Of a stretch of 14,135 nt of DNA, positions 10,818 to 14,135 are shown piece by piece. The position numbers and the translations under genes were made by a program. The DNA comes from a bacterium. Its GTDB lineage: Bacteria; SAR324; NAC60-12. Where the stretch lies: NCBI GenBank assembly GCA_965233585.1, contig CBDDTI010000457.1, positions 1-14,135 on the forward strand, written 5' to 3'. Below the pieces are notes generated by a model. It had not been told where the DNA came from, ran no database searches, and saw only the letters and a list, made by a program, of their open reading frames with translations. Position 1 is the stretch's first letter. The number at the start of each line of letters is the position of its first letter.

Positions 10818-11514
10818 CTAGAATTGAACCTGTAGGGAAACCCTACAGGGAGGTCTGCCTTCGCTCTGAGTTGTGGCCTTGGATGGCCCATCAACCGAAT
10901 TCTTGGTCGAAACATCCAGGGACACGGATTGAACAGGTCTTGGCTTATTGTCGCGATGAACAGAAGTATGTAGGGTGTATTGAGCTATTATTTTGTCTCA
11001 CTGTGACCATGACATTTGGCGTACAGACCTGAAATTTCATAGGGCTGATGGACGAGATAGTGCCTATATACCCGCCAAGTTTCACAGAAATTCGTTCAAA
11101 AATAAGAGAGAAATAAGCGTACAACATATTTTCTAAGGTTGTCTCCTCGTGACCTTGACCTTTAATTTACGTCCCTGAAATTTACATCAAGTCGTCTCCT
11201 TGTCAAGGACTATCAACCAGCTAAATTTGAAGACGATGGGATGATCAATGACAGAGAAATTGCTGAATAAGCATTTTCATCTAGTGTCACCTTGTGACCT
11301 TGACCTTTGACCTTCGTATCCCAAAATGTATACAGCTCTTCTACAAGTTATTATCTACCAACTGGCCAATTATGAGAGAGATCCGATGAAAAATGGCAGA
11401 GAAATCGCAGAACGCAGATAGTGGGAAAGAAATAAAATAATAAAAATAAAGAAATAAGAAAGAAAAGACAATACAACAACAGAAAGGTCTTCCGACTTTG
11501 TCGGCAGACCTTAA
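10818..11514 (-). mobile_element. HINE-like element, copy 13
   Basis: Same termini and internal structure as copy 1. Confidence 0.78.
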
Positions 11515-11711
11515 TGAAAGGGCACTGGCGGGAAATTCAAATAACAAATATCAATGTAAAAGCAACTGCACTAAGATAAAACATAGTAAAGACAGTCATC
11601 AAGTGAGAAAATGTACTGGAAGGGGAGGGGTGGTGTCTGGGTTCGAATCCGAGTTTTTTTTTTTTTTTTTTTTTTTTTCTTGTGTCTTGGTATGTGTGAG
11701 TGTGTTATTTC

Positions 11712-12408
11712 CTAGAATTGAACCTGTAGGGAAACCCTACAGGGAGGTCTGCCTTCGCTCTGAGTTGTGGCCTTGGATGGCCCATCAACCGAATTCTTGG
11801 TCGAAACATCCAGGGACACGGATTGAACAGGTCTTGGCTTATTGTCGCGATGAACAGAAGTATGTAGGGTGTATTGAGCTATTATTTTGTCTCACTGTGA
11901 CCATGACATTTGGCGTACAGACCTGAAATTTCATAGGGCTGATGGACGAGATAGTGCCTATATACCCGCCAAGTTTCACAGAAATTCGTTCAAAAATAAG
12001 AGAGAAATAAGCGTACAACATATTTTCTAAGGTTGTCTCCTCGTGACCTTGACCTTTAATTTACGTCCCTGAAATTTACATCAAGTCGTCTCCTTGTCAA
12101 GGACTATCAACCAGCTAAATTTGAAGACGATGGGATGATCAATGACAGAGAAATTGCTGAATAAGCATTTTCATCTAGTGTCACCTTGTGACCTTGACCT
12201 TTGACCTTCGTATCCCAAAATGTATACAGCTCTTCTACAAGTTATTATCTACCAACTGGCCAATTATGAGAGAGATCCGATGAAAAATGGCAGAGAAATC
12301 GCAGAACGCAGATAGTGGGAAAGAAATAAAATAATAAAAATAAAGAAATAAGAAAGAAAAGACAATACAACAACAGAAAGGTCTTCCGACTTTGTCGGCA
12401 GACCTTAA
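11712..12408 (-). mobile_element. HINE-like element, copy 14
   Basis: Same termini and internal structure as copy 1. Confidence 0.78.
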
Positions 12409-12607
12409 TGAAAGGGCACTGGCGGGAAATTCAAATAACAAATATCAATGTAAAAGCAACTGCACTAAGATAAAACATAGTAAAGACAGTCATCAAGTGA
12501 GAAAATGTACTGGAAGGGGAGGGGTGGTGTCTGGGTTCGAATCCGAGTTTTTTTTTTTTTTTTTTTTTTTTTTTCTTGTGTCTTGGTATGTGTGAGTGTG
12601 TTATTTC

Positions 12608-13304
12608 CTAGAATTGAACCTGTAGGGAAACCCTACAGGGAGGTCTGCCTTCGCTCTGAGTTGTGGCCTTGGATGGCCCATCAACCGAATTCTTGGTCGA
12701 AACATCCAGGGACACGGATTGAACAGGTCTTGGCTTATTGTCGCGATGAACAGAAGTATGTAGGGTGTATTGAGCTATTATTTTGTCTCACTGTGACCAT
12801 GACATTTGGCGTACAGACCTGAAATTTCATAGGGCTGATGGACGAGATAGTGCCTATATACCCGCCAAGTTTCACAGAAATTCGTTCAAAAATAAGAGAG
12901 AAATAAGCGTACAACATATTTTCTAAGGTTGTCTCCTCGTGACCTTGACCTTTAATTTACGTCCCTGAAATTTACATCAAGTCGTCTCCTTGTCAAGGAC
13001 TATCAACCAGCTAAATTTGAAGACGATGGGATGATCAATGACAGAGAAATTGCTGAATAAGCATTTTCATCTAGTGTCACCTTGTGACCTTGACCTTTGA
13101 CCTTCGTATCCCAAAATGTATACAGCTCTTCTACAAGTTATTATCTACCAACTGGCCAATTATGAGAGAGATCCGATGAAAAATGGCAGAGAAATCGCAG
13201 AACGCAGATAGTGGGAAAGAAATAAAATAATAAAAATAAAGAAATAAGAAAGAAAAGACAATACAACAACAGAAAGGTCTTCCGACTTTGTCGGCAGACC
13301 TTAA
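12608..13304 (-). mobile_element. HINE-like element, copy 15
   Basis: Same termini and internal structure as copy 1. Confidence 0.78.
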
Positions 13305-13440
13305 TGAAAGGGCACTGGCGGGAAATTCAAATAACAAATATCAATGTAAAAGCAACTGCACTAAGATAAAACATAGTAAAGACAGTCATCAAGTGAGAAA
13401 ATGTACTGGAAGGGGAGGGGTGGTGTCTGGGTTCGAATCC

Positions 13441-13471
<31 letters not shown>

Positions 13472-13504
13472 CTTGTGTCTTGGTATGTGTGAGTGTGTTA
13501 TTTC

Positions 13505-13977
13505 CTAGAATTGAACCTGTAGGGAAACCCTACAGGGAGGTCTGCCTTCGCTCTGAGTTGTGGCCTTGGATGGCCCATCAACCGAATTCTTGGTCGAAAC
13601 ATCCAGGGACACGGATTGAACAGGTCTTGGCTTATTGTCGCGATGAACAGAAGTATGTAGGGTGTATTGAGCTATTATTTTGTCTCACTGTGACCATGAC
13701 ATTTGGCGTACAGACCTGAAATTTCATAGGGCTGATGGACGAGATAGTGCCTATATACCCGCCAAGTTTCACAGAAATTCGTTCAAAAATAAGAGAGAAA
13801 TAAGCGTACAACATATTTTCTAAGGTTGTCTCCTCGTGACCTTGACCTTTAATTTACGTCCCTGAAATTTACATCAAGTCGTCTCCTTGTCAAGGACTAT
13901 CAACCAGCTAAATTTGAAGACGATGGGATGATCAATGACAGAGAAAAAGGTCTTCCGACTTTGTCGGCAGACCTTAA
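13505..13977 (-). mobile_element. HINE-like element, copy 16, with a 224-bp internal deletion
   Basis: Both termini are intact. The junction GACAGAGAAA|AAGGTCTTCC at ~13946/13947 removes the equivalent of 514-737 of copy 1. Confidence 0.78.
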
Positions 13978-14135
13978 TGAAAGGGCACTGGCGGGAAATT
14001 CAAATAACAAATATCAATGTAAAAGCAACTGCAATAAGATAAAACATAGTAAAGACAGTCATCAAGTGAGAAAATGTACTGGAAGGGGAGGGGTGGGGTT
14101 TGGGTTCGAATCCGGTTTTTTTTTTTTTTTTTCTT

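Overview
The whole window is non-coding and looks eukaryotic. It is a head-to-tail tandem array of a ~896-bp unit (15 full units plus a 16th with an internal deletion), with near-identical copies. Each unit contains a ~697-bp element on the minus strand with the architecture of a non-autonomous Helentron/Helitron2 (HINE, DINE-1-like). Read 5' to 3' on the minus strand, the element has a TT start, a 5' hairpin containing a 9-bp subterminal inverted repeat (AGGTCTGCC), a low-complexity tract, three diverged ~145-bp internal repeats carrying TGACCTTGACCTTT, the partner subTIR, a perfect 9-bp-stem palindrome and a CTAG end. Elements are separated by a ~199-bp linker with a G-rich tract, a Pol III B-box match (GGTTCGAATCC) and a T24-28 run. 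The first and last 41 nt of the window are identical and carry variants absent from all internal copies, which suggests a circle or a ~14.1-kb higher-order repeat. Two SNP haplotype blocks are visible. No credible protein-coding gene is present. The family assignment rests on structure only, not on a database search.
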